A stretch of DNA of 64,000 nt. It comes from Hemiscyllium ocellatum (taxonomy: Eukaryota). The position numbers and the translations under genes were made by a program. Below, piece after piece: positions 12,031 to 24,886 of the stretch. Where the stretch lies: assembly GCF_020745735.1 (NCBI RefSeq), contig NC_083409.1, positions 11,525,052-11,589,051 on the forward strand. Direction: 5' to 3'. The stretch's first letter is position 1; each line of letters opens with the position of its first letter. The notes under the pieces were generated by a model. The model saw only the letters and a list, made by a program, of their open reading frames with translations, was not told the DNA's origin and searched no databases.

Positions 12031-12702
12031 GTATTTGTCTCTGAGTGATGGATAGAGAATGGGCTTTGTGATGGGAATTGAAGACTTGGCTTTAATCGTC
12101 TCAAATCATGAATGAAAAACAGTTCAGTCTGAAATGGTGCCTCAGTGAGATGGCCAAAGTTAAAAATCACACAACACCAGGTTATAGTCCAACAGGTTTC
12201 TTTGGAAGTACATGCTTTCAGAGCTCCTTCATCAGGCAGCTAGTGGGGCAGGATCATAGTTGATAGAATTTACAGTGAAATTGAGATGGCAACTGAGAAA
12301 GGTGAATACTGAGAGTGTGTTCTCAGTAAGGGAGGGATTTCAGAGGCAGTGGGCACTGTGCTCCCTAATGTGTTGCCTGATTACAAGGGGATTTTCTGGA
12401 TCCAGGGTCATTGCAGTTGTGGCTGCCTGCCCAGCCAGTGCTGACTACCCATAGTCATATTTCAATGGTCAATTAGCTCTAAACTACGTGCAGTAATATT
12501 ACCTTACAGAGAGGGGAGCTGTCTGAAAAAGGGTGGTTGAATTCTTGCAGCCCCAAGGGGGGTTGCAGTGGATTAATGAAGGGTACGACTAACATGAAGG
12601 TGCCACCTTCTCTCCCCCTGCCTCAGCTGTGGTGACCCTTGGATTAAACTCACCACAATTTGGCTCTGTCTGTAATGAGTGAGTGGGACTATGCTCCTCT
12701 GG

Positions 12703-13000
12703 GATTAGATTAGATTAGATTACCTACAGTGTGGAAACAGGCCTTTCGGCCCAACCAATCCACACCGACCCTCCAAACAGAAACCCACCCGACCCATTTC
12801 CCTCTGACTAATGCACCTAAAACTATGGGCAATTTAACATGGCCAATTCACCTGATTTGCACATCTTTGGACTGTGGGAGGAAACCAGGGCACCCGGAGG
12901 AAACCCAGGCAGACACAGGGAGAATGTGCAAACTCCACACAGACATTCACCCGAGGCTGGAATCGAACCTGGGACCTGGTGCTGTGAGGCAGCAGTGCTA
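12703..13000 (-). mobile_element. HE1/V-SINE
   Basis: V-SINE central domain (ggagtttgcacattctcc...ggtttcctcccacag) with a (TCTAA)n tail. Confidence 0.88.
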
Positions 13001-13407
13001 GCAGGGATGATGACCACGTTCCTGGGTGATGGAGGGAAGGTCAACCTCTCCCAAAGGAAGCTCAAGCTGGATTGAAGGGGTATCAAGAATAAGCATGAGG
13101 AGATTGAGGGTAACAGAAGGAGGGGGATGGTTGGCAGGTTGTTATTCAGAGTCAGGTAACAGAGTATCAGTCCTTCTGACACTCCCATTTTTATCTGTCA
13201 GCCAAGGCTCCCTGATTGGACAAGGTTAAACCCATCAGGGAACTCATATTTTATCAGGAAAAAAAACACTTATCGAACAAGGAGCGCAAGAGCTAAAGGA
13301 CACTGAACAATATGAATGGTTTGAAAGATTCCTTTACGAACATCGCAAATGAGATTTGGGAAAGAACCTCTTTCACTCAGAGGGTGGTGGGAATCTGGAA
13401 TGGACTG

Positions 13408-13747
13408 TCATAGAATCCCTACAGTGTGGAAACAGGCCATTTGGTGCAACACGTCCCGACCAATCCTCCGAAGAGAAATTCACCCGAGATCCACTCCCCT
13501 TGGCTATTTCCCCTGACTAACACACCTAACTAACACATCCCTGAACACTATGGACAATTTTAGCATGGCCAATTCACCTAACCTGCACATCTTTGGATTG
13601 TGGGAGGAAACTGGAGCATACAGAGGAAAAACACACAGACACGGGGAGACTGTGCAAACTCCACACAGATACCCGGGGCTGGAATCGACCCGGGTCCCTA
13701 GTGCTGTGAGGCAGCAGTACTAACCACTGAGCCACCATGCCACCCAT
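13408..13747 (-). mobile_element. HE1/V-SINE
   Basis: tRNA-like head ggtggctcagtggttagtactgctgcctcacag plus the V domain. Confidence 0.85.
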
Positions 13748-14699
13748 AAAAAAGCCCAAAGAGTTGAGATTTCATTCAGCTTCATGAGTCTGATGTGACA
13801 CAAACTATAAACTCGCAACCCTCTGTCAGGGAAGGTAGTGGAGGGTAGATACCTTACAACCCTTGAATATCATAACATTCATGGATTTGGGACAACGGCA
13901 GGAAATTGGGATAAAAGTGCCTTCAGTTGTAATTATGTTCGTGCAGACTCAATGGGCCGAAATGCCTTTTCTATGTTGTATCTATGCTGAGAGGGCTGTG
14001 CAGGTTAATGGTGACTAGTATAGGCTGTCGAGGGTGGAACATACATGATCAAGGTTCAGAGGAAATGGTTTAAGCTTCAGTGAAGGCCCAAGTAGGAGCT
14101 TGGAAGGAGGGTCAAGACTAATGGAAGCAAGGCCAATGGAGACTGAGCAAAAGCACAGAGTGCTGGCTGACATCTCCAGGGGTTGTCGTGAGGAATATGG
14201 GGACAAGAGGGGAGTGTGTAGGGAGTGAGTACAGTTTCAAATGAAATGCGACCTTTGCCAGCAGCAGCATGACCTTCAGCACCAGGGGGTGTCCCTGACT
14301 GTGTCAGGCTCACTGACTGCTCTCTGTGTGATTCCACACAGCCACTCGTCTGGTCACCACGCAAAGTCTGGCACATGTTTATACTACTTGCTACAGCACA
14401 GTCTGCACCCAGCATCTGCATCTTCTGTCGATGCCACTGTCTATACACACCGTCTGCACCCTCCGTTTACACCCCGTGTCCAAACCCACTGTCTACACCG
14501 CTGTCTGCACCCTCCATCTACACCTCCCATCTTTCTGCTGTTGTCAGATTGTATACAATGATTCCATTGAGCTTACTGCAACAGAAGCCTGAATTTTAGA
14601 ACTGGCAATGACTGTCCTCTCACCCTGACCTTCAAAGTCTGTCTTCCATAATGAGGTGATTAATATTAATTACTGAATGCCATTTGATTTCTGTGATGG

Positions 14700-15190
14700 C
14701 AGGACTGATGTATAAAGAGAGGTTGAGTTGGTGAGGATTGTGTTCATTGGAGTTTAGAAGAATGAAGGAAGGGAATCTTGTACAAAGGTATAAAATTGGA
14801 ACAGGATGAGACATGTTAGATGGAGGAAGGATGTTCCAAATGGTGGGGAAGTCCAGAACCAGGGCTCATAGTTTAAGGTTAAGGGGTAAACTCTATAGGA
14901 TAGAGATGAGGAAAAATGTTTTCACCCAGAGAGTGGTGAGCCTGTGGAATTCTCTGTCACAGAAAGTTGTTGAGGCCAAAACATTATGTTTTCAAGAAGG
15001 GGGTAGAGATAGCTCTTGTGGCTAAAGATTCAAGGGATATGGGGTAGGGAGGGATTACAGTGTAGTGCTCGATGATCAGCCATGACCATAGATAGATTCT
15101 TGGTGACTGAAGGGATGAAACATTATCAGAGAATGTAGAGTTGAGGTTAAAATCAGATCAGCCATAAGGGCCGAGTGGCCTACTTTTGTT
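14700..15190 (+). mobile_element. CR1 LINE 3' end
   Basis: ORF 14813-15025: SRTRAHSLRLRG...FTQRVVSLWNSL. Confidence 0.8.
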
Positions 15191-15444
15191 CCTTGCCCAT
15201 ATGTTGCCTCATACACTTTCACACAATCAAAGACTGTCATTTGTATATTCTACCTGCAGATTAAGCTGCATGTGCAATAGGCCTCATCTGTACAGTGTTT
15301 TGTCCAGCCTTTCACCATGATATGTTTAAGATAATGGTCCCATAATCAATCCATTAACTTTGTAAGTTAGTTTAGTTAAAGCAATAAAACACATTACAAG
15401 TCGTGAAGCAGACATTACAGCAAGCAAGAATGGACTGCACTGAG

Positions 15445-15750
15445 GCTCAGTGGTCAGCACTGCTGTCCCACAGCACCAGGGACCCAGGTTCGATTCCAGC
15501 CTCGGGCAACTGTCTGTTTGGAGTTTGCACATTCTCCCCGTGTCTCTGTGGGTTTCCTCTGGATGCTCCGGTTTCTTCCCACAGTCAAAGGATATGCAGG
15601 TTCGGTGAATTGGCCAAACTAAATTGTCCATGGTGTTCAGGGATGTGTGGGTTAGGTGCAGTAGTCAGAGAATATGTAGAGTAATGGGGTGGGGGAGTGG
15701 GATGCTCTTTGGAGGGTCAGTGTGGAGGCCTATTTCCACACTGTAGGGAT
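15445..15750 (+). mobile_element. HE1/V-SINE
   Basis: Same head and V domain as the other copies. Confidence 0.85.
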
Positions 15751-16039
15751 TCAGCGAATTGATCTTGGTCTGTGCAGCTTGCAGGCTCACAGATGACTAA
15801 CTGGTGGGTAGAGTTCAACACCGTACATACACAGGGATGGATTTTCTTAAAGGTAATGTGTTCACACAGCACACAGCTACTGAACATCAAGGCAAGATAG
15901 TTACATTCTCTCTTGTTGGAGACAGTCATTGCCTGGCAGCTGTGTGGCACAAATGTAACCTTATTCATGTTCCAAACCCACATCTCTATCAATAAAATGC
16001 TTTGGAACATCCTCAGGTAACAAAAAGTGCTATACATTT

Positions 16040-16350
16040 GGGGTGGCACGATGGCTCAGTGGTTGGCACTGCTGCCTCACAGCGTCAGGGACCCGCCTCA
16101 GACAGGTCTGTGTGGAGTTTTCACGTTCTCCCTGTATCTGCGTGAGCTTCCCCCAGGTACTCTGGCTTCCTCCCACTGTCCTAAAGATCTGCAGGCTGGT
16201 AAATTGGCCATGCTAAATTGCCTACAGTGTCCAGGGATGAGCAGGCTAGGTGGATTAGCCATTGGAAAATACAGGGATAGCATCGGGGTCTGGATGGAAT
16301 GCTCTTCAGAGGGGTGGTGTGTACTCGATAGGCTGAATGGCCTACTTCCA
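16040..16350 (+). mobile_element. HE1/V-SINE (diverged)
   Basis: ggcacgatggctcagtggttggcactgctgcctcacag head plus the V domain. Confidence 0.8.
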
Positions 16351-16914
16351 CACTATAGGGATTTTGTGATACAAATGAAAGTTCCTTCTTTCCATTCTAG
16401 CCCTGAAGCATGCATGTGGTTCTGTCTCATATCCACTCAAGAGATGGCAACTCTTTGAAGACAGGAGCAGCCTCTATTCTTTTGGAAAGTACTTCTTCCA
16501 ATCTGTGTCCTTCACAGCCTTGTAGACAGCAACAATGAGGTCGGGAAATAACCTAAAGCTATAATCTTCTGGACTCTTCATTAAACTGTGGAACCTGAAA
16601 AGTACAATTAATGTCCAAGTCAATGAAGATATTTCTCAGCAATCCCTAAATGCTGAGGTTTAGTACTCAGCAGGCCCCAGGAGTCAAAATAACCGAGTAG
16701 ATCATTGCTCTGAATTGCTCATAAATGTCACCTTCACATTTCTGGAGGCTTTGATCAAAAAGGTTGCTTACTCCTCTCCAAAATACAGCTTAAAATCAGC
16801 TCCAACTCCCAACCATCCAGCTGAGAGCGGAGCCCTGTACAAACTGGAACCTGGTCAGTGGGAGCACTGTCACCTCTGTCTCAGAAGCTTTGTCTATTTA
16901 AACCAGTGTCTTAG

Positions 16915-17720
16915 TCAGAGAGTCATTCAGCACGGAAACAGACCCTTCGGTTCAACTCATCCATGCCAACCAGACATCCTCATCTAGTTCCATTTGCCAT
17001 GATTTAGCCCTTATCCCTCTAAACCCTTCCTGTTCATGGACCCATATAAATGATGTAATTGTACCAGCTTCCACCACTTCCACTGGCAGCTCATTCCGTG
17101 CATGCACCATCCTCTGCATGAAAAGTTGCCCCTTAGTTCCCTTACAAATTCTTCCTCTATTACCTTAAACCTATGCCCTCTAGTTTTGGACTGACATACC
17201 CTGGGAAAAAGACCTTGGATATTCACCTTATCGATGCCCCTCATGATTTTATAAACCTCCATAAGTTCACCCCTCAACCTCCAACGCTCCAGGGAAAGTA
17301 GCCCCAATCTATTCAGCCTCTCCTTGTAGCTCAAACCAGCAACATCCTTGCAAATCTTTTTTTGCCCCCTTTCAAGTTTAACAACATTATTCCTATAGCA
17401 GGAAGACCAGAACTGAGCCCTGTATTCTCAAGGTGTCCTCACCAATGGCCACTTTGGTGGACAGCCAGAACATGACATCCCAACTCCTATACTCAATGCA
17501 CAGACCAATAAAGGCAAGTGTACCAATCACCTTCGTCACTACCCTGTTTATCCATGGCTTCACTTTCAAGGAACTGTGAGCCTGCACTCCAAGATTTCGT
17601 TGCTCAGCAACACTCTCCAGGAACCTGCCCTGATTTGCCTTCCCAAAAAGCAATGCCTTACACTTATCTAAATTAAACTCCATCTCCCACTCCTTGTCCA
17701 TTGGCCCATCTGAACACGCA
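16915..17720 (-). mobile_element. CR1 LINE 3' fragment
   Basis: ORFs 17011-17334 and 17393-17728 match the CR1 ORF2 C-terminus. Confidence 0.85.
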
Positions 17721-17914
17721 TTGATCATACATTACAAACCAGAACATATGGAAGACATTGGTGAGACACAACTGCAGTATTGTGTCCAATTGTGGTCTGC
17801 TTATTAGATTAGATTACTTACGTATGGAAACAGGCCCCTCGACCCAACAAGTCCACACTGACCCTCCCAAGAGCAACCCACCCAAAACCATTCCCTTACA
17901 CCTAACACCATTTG

Positions 17915-18425
17915 AGGAAGGATGTGGTGGCACTGGAGGCTGTTCAGAGGATGTTCCCCAGACTGATCCCAGGGATGAAAGGGCTGTCCTATGAGGAGCA
18001 GTTAAATAGATTGGGCTTGTACTCACTGGAGTTCAAAAGAATGAGGAGGGATCTGATTGAGGGATAGAAAATGTGAAAGGGATTGAGAAGGTGGATATTG
18101 AATAGATGCTCCCCCTTGTGGGACAGTCTGGAACAAGAGGTCATCGATATCGAGTGAGAGGAGGTTGGTTCAAAACTGAGATGAGGAGAAACTACTTCTC
18201 CCAGAGGGTTGTGAATCTGTGAAACTCAATGCCCCAGAGTGCAGTGGAGGCAGAATCAATCAACAGGTTCAAGAACGATGTGTTTCTGATTAAACGTGAG
18301 ATAAAGAACAATGGGGAGCAGGCAGGAGAGTGGAATTGAGACCAGGATAAGATCAGCCACGGCCATGTTAAATGGCGGAGCGGGGTTGAAGGGCTGAATT
18401 GCCTCCTCCTGCTCCTAATTCCTAT
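17915..18425 (+). mobile_element. CR1 LINE 3' end
   Basis: agaatgaggagggatctgattgag...ttctcccagagggttgtgaatctg, ending in ctcctgctcctaattcctatg. Confidence 0.75.
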
Positions 18426-20146
18426 GTTGAGCACACAGTCAAGGATGACACTGCAAAACTGAGGGAGCTGTTGTCTTTCAGGTGAGATACAAAACAGAGA
18501 TCCTGCCTCAATATATCGAACTGTACTATCTCCCAGTGACAATGCTGGAATTTGAATTCAAATCACAAAGCAAGCCTCATTAATGGTGACCACATAATGA
18601 TCCCTGAATGCTGTCCAGCCTCAGCCTTACCCAGTCTGGACTTCATGTGACTCCAGCCCCACAGCAATCTGGTTAACTCTAGGTGCCTTCTGAGAGGCCA
18701 CAGCAAGGCCAGCAGTTCAAGGCAATTAGTCTTGGGTAACAAATGGTGATCTATGCCAGTGACACCCACCTCCCAGAAACCAGAATGCAACAGAGATTGG
18801 TGTCAGCCAAAATTGTCAGATCAGACTCCCAATGAGATGGGGAGATGGTTCAAATGAATTCAGCTCAGTATGGAACAGGTCCCCACTTGTTAGCACATCA
18901 TCACTGACAAAATAAGGGGAGAAAACAGAAAAATAAAGGTGAGAACACTCAAATGTGGGAATATCAGTGAGAATTCAGGCAACTGAAGGAAGATATGAAG
19001 AACTGCAAAGGAAGACAAAAAGGAAGCAAGAGTTACAAAAAAGTGATTGAGAAAGAGACCTGCAAGGGGTCACAAGAATAACACAAATGTTTTACACGAA
19101 AATTAGAAAATCAAGGAGGCTCCAGTGCAATGTGAGCCCTTTAAAAACAAACTGGGAATTCCATGAATGAGACTAAGGGAATGGCCGATGTGAACAATAA
19201 TTAGTTGTGTCAGTCTTCACAGTCAAAACACGGGATAATGCAGCTTCCACTCCAGGGAGGTTAGTAATGAATGGAAGATTGAATTCACAAACTTGATACT
19301 TGCCAGAAAACAGCATTGGAAAGTGAGCAGCTCTAAAGGCTGACAGATCTCCAGGACCTTAGGGGTTTAAAGGAAGGGGGGGAAGAAGTTTCAGAGGCTT
19401 TTCCCATCAGATTCCAAAGCAGTAACGATTCCTTTAGTTTGGAAAATGTCTTGCTGTAACTCCACGGGTTGAAGAAAGATGAGCGAGGGAACCGAGGAAA
19501 TTATATCCTGGTCAATCTAACATCTCTTTTAGGGGTTTCATTGGAATCTATAATTAACAGCCGAGAGAATGAACATGTAGAGAATTGGAAATAGCCCACA
19601 TAGATTTGTGATGGGTAAGTTCTAACTAACAAACCAAATGCATTAAATAAAATAGTTGATAGGATGGATAGGCTTATCAACTTTCAGAAGTACTCGATCA
19701 TTTACCACAAAACAGTCTGCTGACCAATATTAAAACCCATGGATTGAAGATGAATGTTTGACTTGGTTCAGAGGCTGGTTTAGTGACAGACAACAGAGAA
19801 AGAAAGTGACGAGTGGTATTCCACAAGGATTCTGTGGTGAGGCCTTAACTACTTACTGTATGTATTAATGAGATCATAGTTCCACATTGACACAAAGACT
19901 GATGGAATAGTAAGTGGTGAAGATGGTGTTTTTGTTTAAAACTCACTTGGAGGGATGGGTGTTGCTGTCTGGGCAGATTCCTAGTTGCCCTAGAGAATCA
20001 TAGAATCATTATATGGTGTGGAAGCAGGCCATTCAGCCCATCAAGTTCACACCAACCCACCAAACAGCAACCATCTAGATCAGCCCCTCCTTGTAATGCT
20101 GCATTTCCCATGGCTAATCCACCCTGCCTGCACATCCCTGGACACG

Positions 20147-20346
20147 NNNNNNNNNNNNNNNNNNNNNNNNNNNNNNNNNNNNNNNNNNNNNNNNNNNNNN
20201 NNNNNNNNNNNNNNNNNNNNNNNNNNNNNNNNNNNNNNNNNNNNNNNNNNNNNNNNNNNNNNNNNNNNNNNNNNNNNNNNNNNNNNNNNNNNNNNNNNNN
20301 NNNNNNNNNNNNNNNNNNNNNNNNNNNNNNNNNNNNNNNNNNNNNN
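20147..20346. other. Assembly gap (200 N)
   Basis: Run of exactly 200 N, a fixed-size scaffolding gap between clusters 1 and 2. Confidence 0.99.
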
Positions 20347-20780
20347 CCCCTGAGACTGGGTCCCCTGAATCCAGACTTCCCAACCAGGGGAAACCTCCTC
20401 TCTGCCCAGCCCTGTTAGAATTTTATAACATCTCAATCAGATTCCCTCTCATCCTTCTAACCTTGAGTGAGTCCAGGCCCAGTCAAATTGGAGTGAGAGG
20501 AGAATTGAGGAGAAATGTTTTCACCCAGAGGGTGGTGGGAGTCTGGAACTCACTGCCTGAAAGGCTGGTTGAGTCACAAACTCTCGTGACATTGGAGCAG
20601 TGTTTAGATATTCCCTTGTGTTGCTGTAGCCTCCAGGGTGATGGGCCAAGAGCTGGAGAATGGGATTAGTGTCATTAGATCTTTGTTTACTCACACGGAC
20701 ACAATGGGCAAATGGCCTCATTCAATGTTGTTCACATCAATGATTCTCAGAGAGAGAGAGAGCGAGAGAGGGAAGAGAGA

Positions 20781-20877
20781 AGAGGAAATGTGAGGGCTGA
20801 CGTGGCTCTCTCTGCCTGATGCCATTTACATACTGAGGAACATCCAGTCAGACTCTCACAGGCTGCAGCTTTATAAA
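20781..20877 (+). promoter_or_regulatory. V-kappa promoter
   Basis: Ets-like AGAGGAAATG (20781), CRE-like TGACGT (20798), octamer variant ATTTACAT (20824-20831; consensus ATTTGCAT), TATAAA (20872-20877), about 60 bp before the ATG. Confidence 0.75.
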
Positions 20878-20936
20878 GCAGAGCCCAGTGAAGGAGAGTT
20901 TATCAGGAATCAGGCACAGGGACAGGAGCACACATC

Positions 20937-20985
20937 ATGATTTCACACAGCCAGTTAATTTGGCCCCTGGCATTCTGTGTTGCAG
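20937..20985 (+). pseudogene. IGKV: V-kappa leader exon
   Basis: ATG...MISHSQLIWPLAFCVA followed by G|GTACAA donor; hydrophobic signal peptide, phase 1. Confidence 0.92.
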
Positions 20986-21172
20986 GTACAAATCTCTCTC
21001 CTTTCCACCTGAATCTTTAGCTGCTCCCCCATTTCACTCCAATTCCACTGACTTGTGATTGAAGGGAAAATGCTGAAACCAGAAGAATGCTCTGTGTCTC
21101 CAACAATCTCTCATTTGACAGGCTCTTTCTGTGACAGTTCTGACTTCACTGTGTTTCTCTCTGACCCCTCAG

Positions 21173-21468
21173 TTATCAGTGGGACATCATCATGTCCGAG
21201 TCTCCCCGGGTGCTGTTAATGGGACTGGGCCAGACTGCAACCACCACCTGGATGACCAGTCAAAGCATTAGCAGCTACCTTGCTTGGTACCAGCAGTGAG
21301 AAGTTCAGAAACCCTCTCTCCTTATCTATGATGGAACAAATCGATTCACAGGAGTCTCCGATCGATTCACCGGCAGTGGATCAGGGACCAGTTTCACCCC
21401 TGACAATCAGCAACGTTCAGAATGAAGATGTCGCTGAATATTATTGTCAGCAGTATAGCAGCAGACTT
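21173..21468 (+). pseudogene. IGKV: V-kappa exon, multiply disabled
   Basis: DIIMSESP...GQTATTTW(C->W)...LAWYQQ*(TGA 21297)..KPSLLIY...[16 protein letters not shown](+1)[23 protein letters not shown]; also a -1 frameshift at 21181-21183. Confidence 0.96.
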
Positions 21469-21496
21469 TACAGTGATACAGTGCCATACAAAAACC
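21469..21496 (+). other. 12-RSS of V with a defective heptamer
   Basis: TACAGTG (first C changed to T), 12-nt spacer, nonamer ACAAAAACC. A V-12/J-23 arrangement is the kappa configuration. Confidence 0.95.
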
Positions 21497-21940
21497 TCAA
21501 CACGCACAACACCACCTTCTGTACTGACACATCCAACAGTTATATGAAATGTATAATAATGGACAAACAGTCCCATCTCCTGCACTGACACATCCATAGT
21601 TATATATAAAGTAAATTGAACAAATTACCCCATGCTGGGTTTGTCACTGTCCACTACACACTCCAGTCCCTGTGGTGTCCACCGCTCACTGAAGGCCTCA
21701 AGTTTCCCTCTTACACTCCATGGCCACATGTGAAGAACAGCTGCAAAATTTAACAATGAAAACTCAATTTCACAAACCCCCGAGAGTAGCTGGACACAAC
21801 CCCGGAAGACAGAGAGAGAAAGACACATGAATGAGGGAGAGACAGAGAGGGGTAGGGAGTGAATGAGATTGACCAAGAATAGACAGAGACAGAGAGAGAC
21901 AGGGAGAGGTTGAGAGTGACAGGGGGAAGCAGAGAGCAGA

Positions 21941-21979
21941 GGTTTTTATACAGCCTCTGCACTGGGAGCTCTCACTGTG
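21941..21979 (+). other. 23-RSS of J (cluster 2)
   Basis: GGTTTTTAT (1 mismatch), 23-nt spacer, CACTGTG. Confidence 0.95.
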
Positions 21980-22014
21980 GTACACGTTTGGTAAAGGAAC
22001 CAAACTCAGACTGA
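21980..22014 (+). CDS. IGKJ: Ig kappa J segment, cluster 2 (coding intact, GC donor)
   Basis: YTFGKGTKLRL plus A, followed by GCAAGT (22015-22020). Confidence 0.93.
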
Positions 22015-22390
22015 GCAAGTAAACCTCAATTGTCTATTATTAAACCTGTCAATACTGAAACACACTTTCTAAAACACAAATGCTGAATTGTTGAAGGTGT
22101 TAGTGGGGAGCTGCAGTGAATGAAATGGTTGATTGAGGAGCACTGTGTCGAACAGGGTGTCCTGCTGTATTTCTTTCGTTCCATTGCCCCGCTTAAGCAG
22201 CAAGACAGAAGTCAGTAAGTTTTACTCACTGTGTGGAGGAGCTCTGTCCATTTTCAGCCTGTGGTCCCATTCCTGCAGCATGGAGTGAAATCAGTGAGCA
22301 GCCTCCTGCCAGTCTCAGTGTGACAGACACAGGCAGATTTTGATGTGAGCTCTGGCTCCCTGTCCCAGTCTCTGATCTCACTGACCTCAT

Positions 22391-22417
22391 CAGCAGCAGC
22401 AGCAGCAGCAGCAGCAG
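22391..22417 (+). repeat. (CAG)9 microsatellite
   Basis: Nine perfect units; the cluster 1 equivalent has three (698-706). Confidence 0.95.
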
Positions 22418-22474
22418 CACAGTGAGACACCGAGCTCCCACCTCCCCCAGCTTTAACTCTGCTCAATCACACAA

Positions 22475-24880
22475 TCACAGAATTGTTACAGTGCACAAGG
22501 TGGCCATTCCACCCATCCTGTCTGGACTGGCTCTCTGAATGAGCAATTCACTGAGTGTCATTCTCCTGCCTTCTCCCTGTCACTCTGCACATTGTTCCTT
22601 TTCAAATAACAGCCTCATCCCTTCGGAATGTTTTAATTGAAGCTGCCTCCACCACACTCTCAGGCAGTGCATTCCATACCTTAACACTCATTGGCTGAAA
22701 ATGTTGCTCCCCATCTCAATTTTGTTCCTTTTCCCAATTACTTTCAATCTGTGGTCTCTTGGTCTGAATCCTTTCTTAATTGGGAACATTTTCTCCCTAT
22801 TTACTCTGTCCAGGCCCTTCCTGATTTTGAATTCCTTGAACAAATCTCCTCTCAGCCTTCTCCAAAGAAGACAGTCCCAAATTCTCCAATCAAACTTCAT
22901 AACTGATGTTCCTCATCCCTGGATTATCTTTGGGAACAATTTTTGCAATCGCTACAAAACATTCGCCTCCTTCCAGAATTCTTCACATTATCTATGTCCC
23001 TCATGATTTTCCAAACCTCTACAAGGTCACTCCTCAGAACCTTCCGCTTCAGGGTAAGAAGTCTCAGCTTTTCCAGCCGCTCATAGTCATGGAGTCATAC
23101 AGCGTGGAAACAGACCTTTCAGTCCAACTTGTCCATGCTAACCAAATATCCTAAACTGACCTCATCCCATTTGCCAGCATTTGGCTGACACCTCTCAAAA
23201 CCCAACCTATCCATGTACCCATACCAATGTGTTTTAAATGCTGTAACTGTATCTGCCTCCAACACTTCTCTGGCAGCTCAATCCAGACACACACCACCCT
23301 CTGCGTGACAGGTTACCCCTCAGGTCCCTTTTGAATCTTTTGCCTCTCACCGTAAAATTATGTCCTCTTGTTTTGGAATCCCTTTCCCACGGAAAAGACC
23401 TTGAATATACACCCAGTCCATGCCCGTCATGGTTTTATAAACATCTATAACGTCACCCCGAGGCCTTAGATGCTGCAGGGAATATAGCCCCAGTTTCTTC
23501 AGCTTTTCCCTGTCGCTCGAACCCTCCAAATCCTGGCCACATCCTTGTAAGTCTTTTCTGCAGCTTTTTAAGTTTAACAACATCCTTCCTATCTCAGGAT
23601 GATAGGATTGTTCACATCATTCCCAAAGTGGCCTCACCAATCTCCTGTACTGCTGCAACATGATGGTCCAACTCCTGGACTCAATGCAGTGATGAACAAA
23701 AGCAAGCAAACCAAACACCTTCTTCATCACCCTGTCTACCTGTGACCCACTTCAAGGAATAATGTACCTGCATCTTCACCCCTAGGTCTGTTATTCAGCA
23801 ACACTCCACAGGGCCCTCCCATTAACTGTATAACTCCTGCCCTGGTTTGCCTTTCCAAAATGCAACATCTCACATTTATCTAAACTGAACTCCATTTGCC
23901 ACTCTTCTGCCCATTGCCCCATCTGATCAAGGTCCTGCTGTACCCTGAGATAATCTTCTTCACTATCCACTGTCCCACCAATTTTGGTGTCATTTACAAA
24001 CTTACCATAACTCCTATATTCCCATCCAAATCATTTCTTTAAATGATGAAAAGCATTTGTGGACTCAGTACCAATCCTTGCGGCACACAACTATTCACAG
24101 ATCTCCAGTCTGAAAAGCAACCTTTTACCACCACTCTCTGTCTCCTATCTTCAAGCCAATTTTTTGACTCCAATGACTCACTCCCCCTGGATCCCATGTG
24201 GTCTAGCCTAACTAACCAGTCTATCATGTGGAACCTTGTCAAACGCTTTACTCTGAAGTCCATATTGACAATGTCTACTGTTCTGTCTTCATCAATCCTT
24301 TTTGTCACCTCCTGAATCAAATTCAGGAGACGTGAGTTCCCATGCACAAAACCACACTGATTATCCAAACGATGTAAATCCTGTCCCACAGAATCCACTC
24401 CAACATCTTACCCAGCACTGACATCAGGCTCACTGGTCTATCGTTCCCTTGCTTTTCCTTACAGCTTTTCTGAAATAATGGCATAATCTTAGCCAACCTC
24501 TCTGTTTCTCCAGCACCTTATCCATGGTTGCCGATGATACATATATCTCAGCAAGGGTCCCAAAAAATCTCTTCCCCAGTTGCCACAATGTTCTGGGATA
24601 CACCTGATCAGGTCCTAGGGTTTATCTGTGTTTTAAGATCTTTAGCGTCTCCTCATTTATATGTGTTCTCTTTTCAAGACATCACTGTTTTTCCAAATTC
24701 CTTAGCTTTCCCCACAATATATACTGACCTAAAATATTTGTTCAGGATCTCACCCATCTCTTGTGTCTTACCAAAATATAGCACTCACATTTATCTGAAT
24801 TAAACTCCATCTGCCATTCCTCAGCTCACTGGCCCAGTTGGTCAAGATTCCATTGTATTCTTAGACAGCCTTCTTCACTG
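22475..24880 (-). mobile_element. CR1 fragments in the J-C intron of cluster 2
   Basis: ORFs 22688-22900, 23347-23583 and 24039-24398 (GFVHG.S.L.NLI...VDIV.MDF...GVPQG). Confidence 0.8.
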
Positions 24881-24886
24881 CCAATG

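Noticed and set aside
21280-21588. 102-aa ORF over V2 as a protein
   Set aside because: It is an out-of-frame read that enters the V frame only after the +1 insertion and runs through the RSS.
22141-22147. CACTGTG about 125 bp after J2 as the RSS of a second J
   Set aside because: No nonamer at 12 or 23 spacing and no FGXG. The cluster 1 equivalent reads CACCGCG, so the heptamer is explained by CpG decay.
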